Shown here piece after piece: positions 28,701 through 37,245 of a DNA stretch of 64,000 nucleotides (position 1 is the first letter of the stretch; each line of letters starts with the position of its first letter). This stretch comes from Thalassotalea sp. (GTDB lineage: Bacteria; Pseudomonadota; Gammaproteobacteria; Enterobacterales; Alteromonadaceae). Under the pieces are notes generated by a model. It saw only the letters and a list, made by a program, of their open reading frames with translations. It searched no databases and was not told the origin of the DNA. A program made the translations under genes and the position numbers. The stretch is from NCBI GenBank assembly GCA_051251725.1, contig JBPOFN010000018.1:15811-79810 (forward strand), in the 5' to 3' direction.

Positions 28701-29619
28701 TTTGTTAGCTGATGATAAGGTGATGAGGTTTATCAAGGTTTTTACCCGTGAGTGGCTAAGACTTGATAGACAGCAAGGTCAAACCGTTGATGTGGCAACC
28801 TTTCCAGATTATACCCGTTTTGTAAAACAGGATATGGCGTTAGAAACGCAACACTTCTTTAAAACCTTGCTACAAGAAAACTTGTCAGTGTTAAATGTGA
28901 TAGATGCTGATTTTACAATGCTAAACCAAAATTTAGCCGAGTTTTATGGCATAGATACCGTATATGGTAGTCAATTTACCAAGGTTGCATTAAATGATGA
29001 AGATAAAACCCGCGGTGGTTTATTGTCTCAAGGTGCTTTTTTAACCGGCCATGCTGATGGTATCCATAGCCACCCAGTAAAACGTGCTGTTTGGCTGAAA
29101 GAGAAAATATTAGGTGATAAGCCCCCACCACCACCGCCGAATGTACCGGAGTTAGATCCTGAAACCCCAGGCTTTGAAAAACTGACTTTAAAGCAGCAGT
29201 TAGAATTACACCGTGATAAAGACTCTTGTCGAGACTGTCATGCCAAAATAGACCCTTATGGTGTCGTTTTTGAAAAGTATGACGCGGTTGGTCGCTTACG
29301 CCAAGCTTATAAAGGCAGAGATATCGATGATCATGTGATCTTACCTAATGGCACGCCAATATCCGGTGTGTCAGAAATAAAAGGCTATTTGATGAAGGAT
29401 CAAAAAGATCAAGTGGCGTTGTCAGTCATCAAACATTTATATGCTTATGCGCTAGGAAAAGAAGTGAGCTTCCATGATGAAGATGCACTTGAAGAAATCC
29501 TAGAAAAAACAAAAAAAGATCATTATCAAATGCAAACACTGATTAACGCCATTGTTGAAAGCTCTGCATTTGACTCTGTTCAACAAATTAACGCCAATAA
29601 AAATGAAAGCGAGGGATAA
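25792..29619 (+). CDS. second membrane-anchored cytochrome-c-motif DUF1587/1595/1592/1588/1585-architecture protein
   Basis: 1275 aa with the same layout as 19524..22847. His-rich 5-TM N-terminus (FGRFHVLVLHFPI, AAHAGGNLVHG), CFSCH (26473..26487), QRLTKQQYTNTLQDLL, AYRRPVTEDEL, SRLSYFLWNSPPDAEL and FTREWLRLD. These are followed by RGGLLSQGAFLTGHA..HPVKRAVWLKEKILGDKPPPPPP and CRDCHAKIDPYGVVFEKYDAVGRLR (29227..). It carries ~170 extra residues in the middle relative to copy 1. Confidence 0.85.
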   Translation: MNLKEIIKPISLLMSLALLIMILALLIPFNGVSGDGITRFFGRFHVLVLHFPITLIVLIPILELVQRKKHLQNVTDIILLIWWFASISAFITVLLGMTLAANEGFDFEKIQYHLIAGIVVAILTFTCTGLKYVISKRVNSNTKFASTNQKSTSILTTFYTTLSVVLLCALIIAAHAGGNLVHGDTYLTRYAPQAIKSWLPEEKQAIDLSQVKDQHFVKKVQPLIQQYCFSCHGDDKQKGGIQLSVLNPDFINGHDAPQWHGALDMINSGEMPPAKEQQPSDEERQIIVDWLTGGIKLAKESKKGKSKQVIQRLTKQQYTNTLQDLLDVKINFGVELPDDPISEIGFSNNAELLSSSTLHLETFQKIARNALEQAINIGEKPPVHHYRMHFGKGIGKGQPNTTSRGYLDLPVSQDDFFVEILSENNEAKSGESVEKLKKYFSASMRGSDPKRLQIKEQGITLLSALPHKETTEGGQYGAWHGPSPNLAMQIKDQYPSEGAFAIRVKASKGETFNLPLINATSLTNAKSLVNLDKKKVPKKQPKNGRNTLVLASTKFKNVQGLVKSKNLARTLIPDNSSSHIAGEITVDVPYRGSDYFQIDLVHPEVSADAMSSITLSINDEITFNSPIFPTGKAKPGELVTSSIGMAYLIRDKKIKVSIKSDANFSGFSDIVFTKINGDNEHVNSLKLDYYDNSKFANAKAELIPYIGSRTDDGMDYKTFSDSVTVTNSTEHEKIYSFYGRLENLPIPPHGTQGNHITNSSLKVGLWNHNLVKKDTELGSSLHIDYIEFEAPYFEKWPSQTHQNIFIESNQSNKTSEPEVYAKEVLQNFITKAYRRPVTEDELALYMNYWLGIKGDYPVFEESIKETLVAVLSSTNFLYLAEPEQDEILANTSLKDADTTQSSESLISSVIGISTANASTQSIAEKGKPNSEYALASRLSYFLWNSPPDAELLSLAKTGQLSAQLPQQIERLLADDKVMRFIKVFTREWLRLDRQQGQTVDVATFPDYTRFVKQDMALETQHFFKTLLQENLSVLNVIDADFTMLNQNLAEFYGIDTVYGSQFTKVALNDEDKTRGGLLSQGAFLTGHADGIHSHPVKRAVWLKEKILGDKPPPPPPNVPELDPETPGFEKLTLKQQLELHRDKDSCRDCHAKIDPYGVVFEKYDAVGRLRQAYKGRDIDDHVILPNGTPISGVSEIKGYLMKDQKDQVALSVIKHLYAYALGKEVSFHDEDALEEILEKTKKDHYQMQTLINAIVESSAFDSVQQINANKNESEG

Positions 29620-29624
29620 TAGTT

Positions 29625-30995
29625 ATGAATTTTATTAAAGGATTTACCTTAGACCGCCGTAGTTTTATTAAAGGTGCTGGTGTGGTTGCAAGCTTGCCTT
29701 ATCTAGAGTGTATGGCGCAATCAGGTTCAAAAGTGTCGACTAACGTTGGCCTACGCACCACTGCGCCTAAGCGTATGTGTTACATTTCTGTCCCTAACGG
29801 TGTTTCTTTACCCGGTGAAAACTCTGAATATAAAGAGTGGAATTGGTTTCCGTTTGGCGAAGGTGAAAATTATCAGTTCACCAATGTGTTATCTTCTTTA
29901 GCACCGTTTAAACAAGATATTTCAATTATTAGTGGCTTAAGCCACCCCAGATCAAGAAAGTTATTAGGCCATATTGCTGGCGATACTTTTTTAACCGGTG
30001 GTGATGTTCGCGCTGATTACAATAACAACATTTCCGCTGATCAGTTTGCTGCAGCTATTAAACAACACAATACCCGTTTTCCATCATTAACCTTATCTGC
30101 CGATGGTGGCGTTGGCTTTAAATCAAGAGCATCGACCCTGTCATTTAATGCTCGTGGTAATGCCATTCCCGCTGAACACAGCCATAGGCTAATATTCGAA
30201 CGTTACTTTTCACTAAACGGAAAAACCACTTCAGCAGAGCGAAGAAAAAGCTTACAGCGCGATCAAAAAGTGGTTGATTTATTACTTGAAGATGCCAAAC
30301 GTTTACAAAAAAAATTAGGTGCTAGCGACCGAGAAAAAATAACACAGCACTTAGACTCATTAAGTGATTTAGAAGCACAAATAAAGCGAAATGAAGCATG
30401 GCTTGATATTCCTTTAGCGAACTTTAATAGTGACCATATTGATTTAGCCGTTGATGCTAAAATTGATCCGCAAGCGTATATTCGTACGATGTTCGACTTA
30501 ATCGTTTTGGCTTTTCAGTTAGATTTAACTGAAGTGGTGTCTTATATGGTTTCTCGTGAAGATGGCATGGGATTGGGCGATGCTTACCCGAAAATTGCAT
30601 TAGGCTTAAAAAGTGGTCATCACAAAATTAGTCACGATAAAGCTACCGGCCATTGGCAAGAGTGGGGGCAATATGATCAATGGTTAGCGAGTCACTTTAG
30701 TTATTTTGTTGAACGCATGAAAAACACGGAAGACGGATTTGGCTCGTTATTAGACAATACCCAAATATTATATGGCAGCCCTTGTAGCACGACACATAAT
30801 GCACGTAACTGTCCATTGATCTTGGCTGGTGGAAAAAACATGGGCTTAACACACGGTAGCTTCCATAAATTTTCAGAAGACGTTCCTATGACTAATTTAT
30901 TTGTCAAAATGTTGCAGTCGGCTAGCGTGCCGACTAAAACATTTTCTGACAGTAATGAACATACAACAGGCTTAGAAAAACTGTTTTCAGTGTGA
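29625..30995 (+). CDS. second Tat-exported DUF1552 (HxxSH-motif) family protein
   Basis: 456 aa. Twin-arginine signal DRRSFIKGAGVVASL. Blocks CYISVPNG, ISIISGLSHP, GHHKISHD, TQILYGSPCSTTH and PLILAGG. RBS gaggga; it starts 5 nt after the upstream stop. Confidence 0.85.
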   Translation: MNFIKGFTLDRRSFIKGAGVVASLPYLECMAQSGSKVSTNVGLRTTAPKRMCYISVPNGVSLPGENSEYKEWNWFPFGEGENYQFTNVLSSLAPFKQDISIISGLSHPRSRKLLGHIAGDTFLTGGDVRADYNNNISADQFAAAIKQHNTRFPSLTLSADGGVGFKSRASTLSFNARGNAIPAEHSHRLIFERYFSLNGKTTSAERRKSLQRDQKVVDLLLEDAKRLQKKLGASDREKITQHLDSLSDLEAQIKRNEAWLDIPLANFNSDHIDLAVDAKIDPQAYIRTMFDLIVLAFQLDLTEVVSYMVSREDGMGLGDAYPKIALGLKSGHHKISHDKATGHWQEWGQYDQWLASHFSYFVERMKNTEDGFGSLLDNTQILYGSPCSTTHNARNCPLILAGGKNMGLTHGSFHKFSEDVPMTNLFVKMLQSASVPTKTFSDSNEHTTGLEKLFSV

Positions 30996-31076
30996 AGCAT
31001 ACTTGAATTCTTAGTATGAATTACCTGTTTAAATCAATATAAAATTATAAAATTATAAAAAAACATCGAGGAAATT

Positions 31077-32417
31077 ATGGAATTAAACCAAACAGTCAGT
31101 GATAGCGAGCTTGTTAGTTCGACTGAAACAAAAGCAAAAACGCGGATTATTTCAGCCGGCTTAATATGGCCTTTTGTATTAATTACTGCCTGTTTTGCCT
31201 TATGGGGCGCAGCCAATAACATGACTGATTTGCTGGTGCCAGCCTTCCAAAAAGTACTGAGTATGAGCCAATTTCAGTCATCTTTCATTCAATCGGCTTT
31301 TTATGGTGCTTACTTTTGTATGGCGTTACCTGCGGCCTATTTAATTCAAAAATATAGTTATAAAAATGGCGTTTTAGTTGGCTTAAGTATTTATGCTATT
31401 GGCGCTATCTTATGTTATCCCGCTAGCCAAGCAATGAGCTTTGAGTATTTTTTAATTGCCTTTTATGTGTTTGCGGCAGGTTGCGCCATTTTAGAAACGG
31501 TAGCGGCTCCTTATATTATGACCATGGGGCCAGAAGAAACGGCGACTCAACGCATTAATTTAGCGCAAGCTTTTAATCCTATTGGGGTGTTAATGGGGGT
31601 GTTTTTAGGAAAAGAAGTGATCTTAAAAGGCTTAAATGAGGCAACTGAAGCCGATCGTGCTGCGATGACAGCCGATGCCTTAAGTGGTATTCAAGCACAA
31701 GAGCTTGGCAACGTAGTAACCGCTTACGTTATTGTGGCACTGGTTGCGATAAGTTTAGCGGCAATTATCTTTTTTACTCGCTTTCCAGCGGCTAAATCAG
31801 ATGACAAGTTTGGTAGTTTAAAAGCTTCTTTTAACCGTTTAAAAAGTAATAGCAACTGGAAATTTGCGGTAGTAACGCAGTTTTTTTATGTTGGCTGTCA
31901 AGTGGGCGTTTGGACGTATGCCATAAAATATATTATGGATAACTTGTCAGGCGTTACGAATGTTGCGGAAGCCGGTGACTATGTATTTTATGGTTTATGT
32001 GTTTACACTTGTTTCCGTTTTATCTGCACCTTTTTAATGAGTTACATCTGCCCAGCACGTTTATTAACGATTATGGCGAGCCTTGCTATTGGCTTAATTA
32101 CGGTTGCCGTTTTTGTCGGTGGTGACATTGGTACTTATGCCTTATTAGGTTGTTTTTCGTGTATGTCGTTAATGTTCCCAACTATTTATGGCTTAGGTTT
32201 AACAGGCGTAGGTGAAGATCGTAAACTGGGTGGCTCATTCATTATTATGGCCATTTTAGGTGGTGCTGTTTTAGTACCGCTTCAAGGTTGGATTATTGAT
32301 CAAACCAACAATGTTAATATGAGCTATTTATTACCGTTGTTCTGTTTTACAGTGGTACTTATATTCAGTATTTTTGCTCGTAAAAAAGAAGTTGCTGCTG
32401 GTTATGTCCACGACTAA
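31077..32417 (+). CDS. fucP: L-fucose:H+ symporter permease (FucP-family MFS transporter)
   Basis: 446 aa with ~12 TM helices. LWGAANNMTDLLVPAFQKV, IQSAFYGAYFCMALPAAYLIQKYSYKNG, ETVAAPYIMTMGPEETATQRINLAQAFNPIG closely parallel the E. coli FucP N-terminal half as I recall it. Confidence 0.85.
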   Translation: MELNQTVSDSELVSSTETKAKTRIISAGLIWPFVLITACFALWGAANNMTDLLVPAFQKVLSMSQFQSSFIQSAFYGAYFCMALPAAYLIQKYSYKNGVLVGLSIYAIGAILCYPASQAMSFEYFLIAFYVFAAGCAILETVAAPYIMTMGPEETATQRINLAQAFNPIGVLMGVFLGKEVILKGLNEATEADRAAMTADALSGIQAQELGNVVTAYVIVALVAISLAAIIFFTRFPAAKSDDKFGSLKASFNRLKSNSNWKFAVVTQFFYVGCQVGVWTYAIKYIMDNLSGVTNVAEAGDYVFYGLCVYTCFRFICTFLMSYICPARLLTIMASLAIGLITVAVFVGGDIGTYALLGCFSCMSLMFPTIYGLGLTGVGEDRKLGGSFIIMAILGGAVLVPLQGWIIDQTNNVNMSYLLPLFCFTVVLIFSIFARKKEVAAGYVHD

Positions 32418-32464
32418 TTTTAACGACAAAATGATAATCACACGGCTGAATAAACGGGGATAAA

Positions 32465-32992
32465 ATGAATAAAGAACATCAATTATTTACTTCGTTTATT
32501 CGGCAGTATCAAGCCACATTGAGAAACTACATCCGTGGTTTGGGTGTATTTTCTCATGCGGTTGATGATATTGCCCAAGAGACGTTTATCGTTGCTTATA
32601 AAGAACTTGAAAAATTTGACCAAAGCTTAGATTTTGGTCATTGGCTTAAGGGCATCGCGAGAAATTTAGTTCGTAATGAAATTAGAAAAAATGCCCGTCA
32701 AGCCCGTATAATGAATGATAAATTGTCGTTATTTTTAATTGACTCATTTGAATTAAATTACGAAGCAACGGTTGGTGAACATCAAGAAATAGCGGCTTTG
32801 AACGAGTGCATAAATAACTTACCAATGAAAAGCAAAGAATTACTTAATTATAAATACCATAAAGAGCATGACAGCAAAGAAATTTCTACGGTTATAGGTA
32901 TGAGTGCTACTGCTATACGCTTATCTTTAATGCGCATTCGTCATAAATTAAAACATTGTATCGACTTTAGGTTGGGCTATGAGCAACGATAA
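32465..32992 (+). CDS. ECF-type RNA polymerase sigma-70 family factor
   Basis: 175 aa. Region-2-like VDDIAQETFIVAYKEL..WLKGIARNLVRNEIRK and region-4 HTH ISTVIGMSATAIRLSLMRIRHKLKHCI. Confidence 0.85.
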   Translation: MNKEHQLFTSFIRQYQATLRNYIRGLGVFSHAVDDIAQETFIVAYKELEKFDQSLDFGHWLKGIARNLVRNEIRKNARQARIMNDKLSLFLIDSFELNYEATVGEHQEIAALNECINNLPMKSKELLNYKYHKEHDSKEISTVIGMSATAIRLSLMRIRHKLKHCIDFRLGYEQR

Positions 32993-34676
32993 ACAAATTC
33001 AACGTTTCGAGGAATTACTTTCCTTGCTGCTTGATACGAGTTTAACAGGTGAGCAGTTTGAAGAATTAATAATACTGGCTGAACATGATGAAGCGCTTAA
33101 GGCGCAGTTACGTGATCAACTTAATATTGATCACTTGCTTTACCAAAATGCTGAATCAAAAGAAATTTTAGATACATTTGTTAACGCAACACTTGAACTA
33201 GCCGCTGTTCAAAAAACATCGAATGAATTTGAAACGAATATTATTACTGCTATTCGTAATGAAAAAAACAAGGTGTTAAATCGTAAAGCAAGTAAAAATA
33301 AGCTAAAAACATTTAAGCATTATTATTTCCCTTGGATATTGTCGGGTTTAAGCATGGCAGCTTGTGCTTTACTGTCGATTCAATATTTTCATTCGCCGAT
33401 TGACCCTTTCACCGAGCAAGATACTATTGCGGAGTATCAATACACTGGTGTAGCTGTGATAGCGAATGTGTTGAGCTTAGATCGAAGTTCCCCCTTTAAA
33501 ACGGGTGATATTGTGCAAGCAGGTGAACTAATAGTTTCACACGGTTTTCTTGAGTTGGAATTTTATCGTGGTGCTCAATTAAAAATCGCAGGTCCAACAA
33601 CAATTAACATCATTGATGAAGAGCATATTCAATTACTTAGCGGTAAAGTAATGACAGATGTACCTAAAGTGGCTATTGGTTTTACTATAGACACACCAAA
33701 CAGTGAAATTATTGATTTAGGCACTGAAATTGGCGTAGAAGTATTACCCAACGGACAGTCAAATGTTCATGTGTTTGAGGGGTTGGTCGAAGCAAGAAGT
33801 AAACAAGGTGATAGCCAATTAATTGAAAAAGATCAGGCGGTTAAATTTTCTGGCCAATCAAAATCCAGTTGGTTTAATAGCCCTACATTAGCCAATGACT
33901 TTGCAGAATTTAAACAAATTGATGATTTAACAGGAAACGCGGTAAACGTTAAGCATCAAAAATGGTTACTCAGTAAAAACAATATTTTAAAAAATCCAAA
34001 TTTAGTTACTTATTATGATTTTGAACCCGATTCCCAAAGTCCTAGAGTACTTAATAACCTTTCTAAATACGGAAATGACCATAATGGCGCAATTGTTGGT
34101 GCACAGTGGAGTGATGGCCCATGGAAAGGAAAACATGCCTTAAACTTTAAACAAGCAAGTGATCGGGTCAGAATTGATATTGATAATAAACTTACCAATT
34201 TTACCTTGGCAGCTTGGGTACAAATAGATAGTTTAGATAGAAAGTTCAATTCAATTTTATTAACAGATGGTTTTTCGCCGGGCGATATACATTGGCAAAT
34301 ATCTAATTTTAGTGCCAAACCTAAAGCTGCTGGATCAATGGTGTTGGGTTTAAAATCATTAAAAAACGGTAGTAAAAATTATCGATATGCACCATTTTTT
34401 ACACCAGAGGAGTCTGGTACTTGGTATCATTTAGTGATGCGTTTTTATTATGAGAGTGACATGCTTGCGATGTTTATTAATGGCGAGAAAGTTAAAGAAA
34501 CTAAAATAACTAATCCTTCTAAATATTGGCAAATAGGCTCCGCTTCTATTGGGAATTGGGATAATACCAATACCATTAATCCCTTAAGAAATTTAAACGG
34601 TAGTATAGCTGAGATGGTGATTTTTAGTAGTGCACTTGATGATAATGATATTAAAACACTAGCTTTAACTGATTAA
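32979..34676 (+). CDS. membrane anti-sigma factor, FecR-like domain + C-terminal LamG/ConA-like domain
   Basis: 565 aa. The ATG at 32979 overlaps the sigma gene stop (32990..32992) by 14 nt. One TM (YYFPWILSGLSMAACALLSIQYF). FecR-like block HGFLELEFYRGAQLKIAGPTTINII..LLSGKVMTDV..FTIDTPNSEIIDLGTEIGVEV. LamG-like NGAIVGAQWSDGPWKGKHALNF..FTLAAWVQIDSLDRKFNSILL. Confidence 0.8.
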   Translation: MSNDKQIQRFEELLSLLLDTSLTGEQFEELIILAEHDEALKAQLRDQLNIDHLLYQNAESKEILDTFVNATLELAAVQKTSNEFETNIITAIRNEKNKVLNRKASKNKLKTFKHYYFPWILSGLSMAACALLSIQYFHSPIDPFTEQDTIAEYQYTGVAVIANVLSLDRSSPFKTGDIVQAGELIVSHGFLELEFYRGAQLKIAGPTTINIIDEEHIQLLSGKVMTDVPKVAIGFTIDTPNSEIIDLGTEIGVEVLPNGQSNVHVFEGLVEARSKQGDSQLIEKDQAVKFSGQSKSSWFNSPTLANDFAEFKQIDDLTGNAVNVKHQKWLLSKNNILKNPNLVTYYDFEPDSQSPRVLNNLSKYGNDHNGAIVGAQWSDGPWKGKHALNFKQASDRVRIDIDNKLTNFTLAAWVQIDSLDRKFNSILLTDGFSPGDIHWQISNFSAKPKAAGSMVLGLKSLKNGSKNYRYAPFFTPEESGTWYHLVMRFYYESDMLAMFINGEKVKETKITNPSKYWQIGSASIGNWDNTNTINPLRNLNGSIAEMVIFSSALDDNDIKTLALTD

Positions 34677-34763
34677 CCGCGACAACTGAATCTGGCCCAA
34701 AATTTTTGCTAGCCGGTGTTCATTGTCAATTACGGAAATTTTAGGCGTATTTAATAAATTGTT

Positions 34764-34787
34764 GGTTTAAAAAGTACTTTTTAAACC
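34764..34787. repeat. perfect 24-bp palindrome GGTTTAAAAAGTACTTTTTAAACC (function unknown)
   Basis: Read directly: the first 12 nt are the exact reverse complement of the last 12. It lies 88 nt after the anti-sigma stop and ~370 nt before the GH29 start. Confidence 0.6.
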
Positions 34788-35149
34788 ATACCGTTATGCC
34801 ACTTTAACCGCTAGAAGTAATGGTATTTCCCATTTAATATGTACCCCCGTTCTCACCGACCGGCGTTTTTTAAGACAGTTGCCGCCTAAATTGTTAAATA
34901 GCTTCTTTATAAGGCTTAAATTTGTATTTATAAACACTAAGCTGTATGTTTAAATATAATATGCCGTCTCTGTGTGTTTCGTTAAACCACTAAAATCAGT
35001 TTGGTCGCTAGTTAGGTGATTTATTTATGTAGATAACGTTCCCTGTGATTTAGCCAGCGATGTACCCCATCAACATAATCTGTGATAGCGCCTGATAAAT
35101 TAGTATTGGTTGAGTTTGATGGGCGAGGTAATAACGGATTTTAATTTAT

Positions 35150-37087
35150 TTGAAGCTAAAAATGAGAAAAACAATACAAAAACATTCCCTTGCCCAGCTA
35201 GTTATTACTAGTGTTTTACTTATTATAACGGGTTGCTCAAATGGCAATGTCGATCCGATTAAACAAGCTGATGATTATTGGGTTGTATTTGACCTGAACC
35301 AACAGCCAGAGCAGCTAACAAAAGAGCAAGATGCAACTTGGCCGTTTGAATTAAACCGCGTTGGTAAATATGATATTCAAGTAATAGCTGATGTTTCAGC
35401 GCCATATTCTGACACGGAAATAAATACAACACCGAATGTTTCGCTTTCGATAGACGGTAAAAAGATAACCGCAGCGCTTAAACAAAGCTTTCGCGTAACC
35501 TCACATAATAAACCAGCTAATGTTTTTCAATTTGAAACTGTTCATCAATTTACTCAAGCAGGCTCGCATACGTTAACTTTTAAAAATAACAATACTGTTA
35601 AAATCGGCGGTAAGGTGCAGCAAGTACGGTTAGTGCCTAACTATAAAAATGCCTTTGGAAGTGGCGACTTTCACAAACAATGGTTAACAATGCATGAATC
35701 ACCTCAAAAACAGGGCGCACTGAAGTGGTTTAAACAAGCTCGGTTGGGCATGTTTATTCATTGGGGACTTTATTCAGGCGCTGCCGGTTCATGGCAAGGT
35801 ACTACCATTGAAAATTCTTCAATTCCAGGCCCTAAAGTGGCTGAATGGTTAATGTATAAGTTTCAAATTTCGCGTGAAACATACGCTGAATTAGCCAAAA
35901 CCTTTAATCCGGATAAATCATTTGCGCAAAACATTGCTCGACTCGCAAAAGATGTTGGAATGAAATATGTTGTTATCACCACTAAACATCATGATGGCTT
36001 TGCTTTATTTGACTCGAAAGTTTCACAATTTGATGTGGTAGATGCCAGTCCATTCAAAGCAGATATCGTTAAAGAGCTATATGATGCGGTACGTGCAGAA
36101 GGGTTAGAGTTTGGCGTTTATTATTCTCATGGTAATGACTGGGCTGATGGAACCGATGGTAATTATGCCAACGTTAAAAAACAAAATGATGAGTTAGGCA
36201 TTTACACTCACCCACAAGGAAAAAACCTTTGGGATCCAAGTAACAATACTCATAGTGAATATTTACAAAGTAAGGCTTACCCACAAGTGGCTGAGCTAAT
36301 TAAATTGTTACCTGAACTTCGCCTGTTCTGGTTTGATGGTGATGGTTTAATTACAGAACAACAAGCCTTTTATTTTTACAGGTTGGTTTTTGACATGAAC
36401 CCGAATATTTTAGTTAACCGGCGCGTGGGTTATGACTTTGGTGACTATTTAGACTCAGGCGATAATGTTATTCCTTCATCAAACGATAAACTTGATAAAC
36501 ACTGGGAAACTTGTGGTACCACGAATAATTCTTGGGGGTATAACGACCACGACCATAACTGGAAAAGCACCAAAGAGCTGCTTTATTACTTTATTGATAT
36601 AACCTCGAAAGGTGGAAACTACCTGTTAAATATTGGCCCTGACGGGAATGGAAAGGTACCTGAAGCCAGTGCACTTCGATTAAGAGAAATGGGGCAATGG
36701 ATCCACACCAATAGTGATGCTATTTTTGGTACCACCCCTTGGAAAGTGCAAAGTGAAGGGCAAGCGGAAGCATTATTAAAAGGTACAGGGCACCGTGCTG
36801 AAAAAGGCTTTACTCGCACCTTTAGCCAACAAGACTTTTGGTTTACTGCTCGCAGTGAGCAAGGAGCCAATAAAGTGTATGCTATGTCTTTAGTACAACC
36901 TCAAGGTAAAGTCAGCATCAAATCTTTGAATAGTAGCGCCGGTGAGATCGCCGCCGTTAAACTACTGGGTAGCAATAAACCATTAGCGTGGCAACAAAGT
37001 TCATCGGCACTCGAAGTTGATTTTACGGATGTTAAGTTAAGTGAAATTGATGAAAACGGTTATGCCATTGAAGTGTTATTAAAGTAA
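35150..37087 (+). CDS. glycoside hydrolase family 29 alpha-L-fucosidase lipoprotein with N-terminal accessory beta-sandwich-like module
   Basis: 645 aa. Lipobox LIITGC; the ATG at 35162 is a likelier start than TTG 35150. GH29 blocks GMFIHWGLYS, TKHHDGFALFDS, FWFDGDG and WETCGTTNNSWGY. Confidence 0.9.
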   Translation: MKLKMRKTIQKHSLAQLVITSVLLIITGCSNGNVDPIKQADDYWVVFDLNQQPEQLTKEQDATWPFELNRVGKYDIQVIADVSAPYSDTEINTTPNVSLSIDGKKITAALKQSFRVTSHNKPANVFQFETVHQFTQAGSHTLTFKNNNTVKIGGKVQQVRLVPNYKNAFGSGDFHKQWLTMHESPQKQGALKWFKQARLGMFIHWGLYSGAAGSWQGTTIENSSIPGPKVAEWLMYKFQISRETYAELAKTFNPDKSFAQNIARLAKDVGMKYVVITTKHHDGFALFDSKVSQFDVVDASPFKADIVKELYDAVRAEGLEFGVYYSHGNDWADGTDGNYANVKKQNDELGIYTHPQGKNLWDPSNNTHSEYLQSKAYPQVAELIKLLPELRLFWFDGDGLITEQQAFYFYRLVFDMNPNILVNRRVGYDFGDYLDSGDNVIPSSNDKLDKHWETCGTTNNSWGYNDHDHNWKSTKELLYYFIDITSKGGNYLLNIGPDGNGKVPEASALRLREMGQWIHTNSDAIFGTTPWKVQSEGQAEALLKGTGHRAEKGFTRTFSQQDFWFTARSEQGANKVYAMSLVQPQGKVSIKSLNSSAGEIAAVKLLGSNKPLAWQQSSSALEVDFTDVKLSEIDENGYAIEVLLK

Positions 37088-37145
37088 TTAACTGAAGTGG
37101 TCAAGTAAAATTAGCTAAGTCCATTAAACCGGCCTCTAAAAAAAA

Positions 37146-37171
37146 GGCCTCAAAAACTTTGAGACCTTTTT
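37146..37171. terminator. Rho-independent terminator, probably bidirectional
   Basis: Stem ggcctcaaa / tttgagacc (one mismatch) with a 3-nt loop, then TTTTT. It is preceded by an A8 run and lies between convergent genes 35150..37087(+) and 37246..39066(-). Confidence 0.6.
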
Positions 37172-37245
37172 ATTCGCAATTTGTTAGCCGGTACTATGGG
37201 TTATCACTAGTACCGGCTATAGATTTATCGTTGAACGAGGCAACG

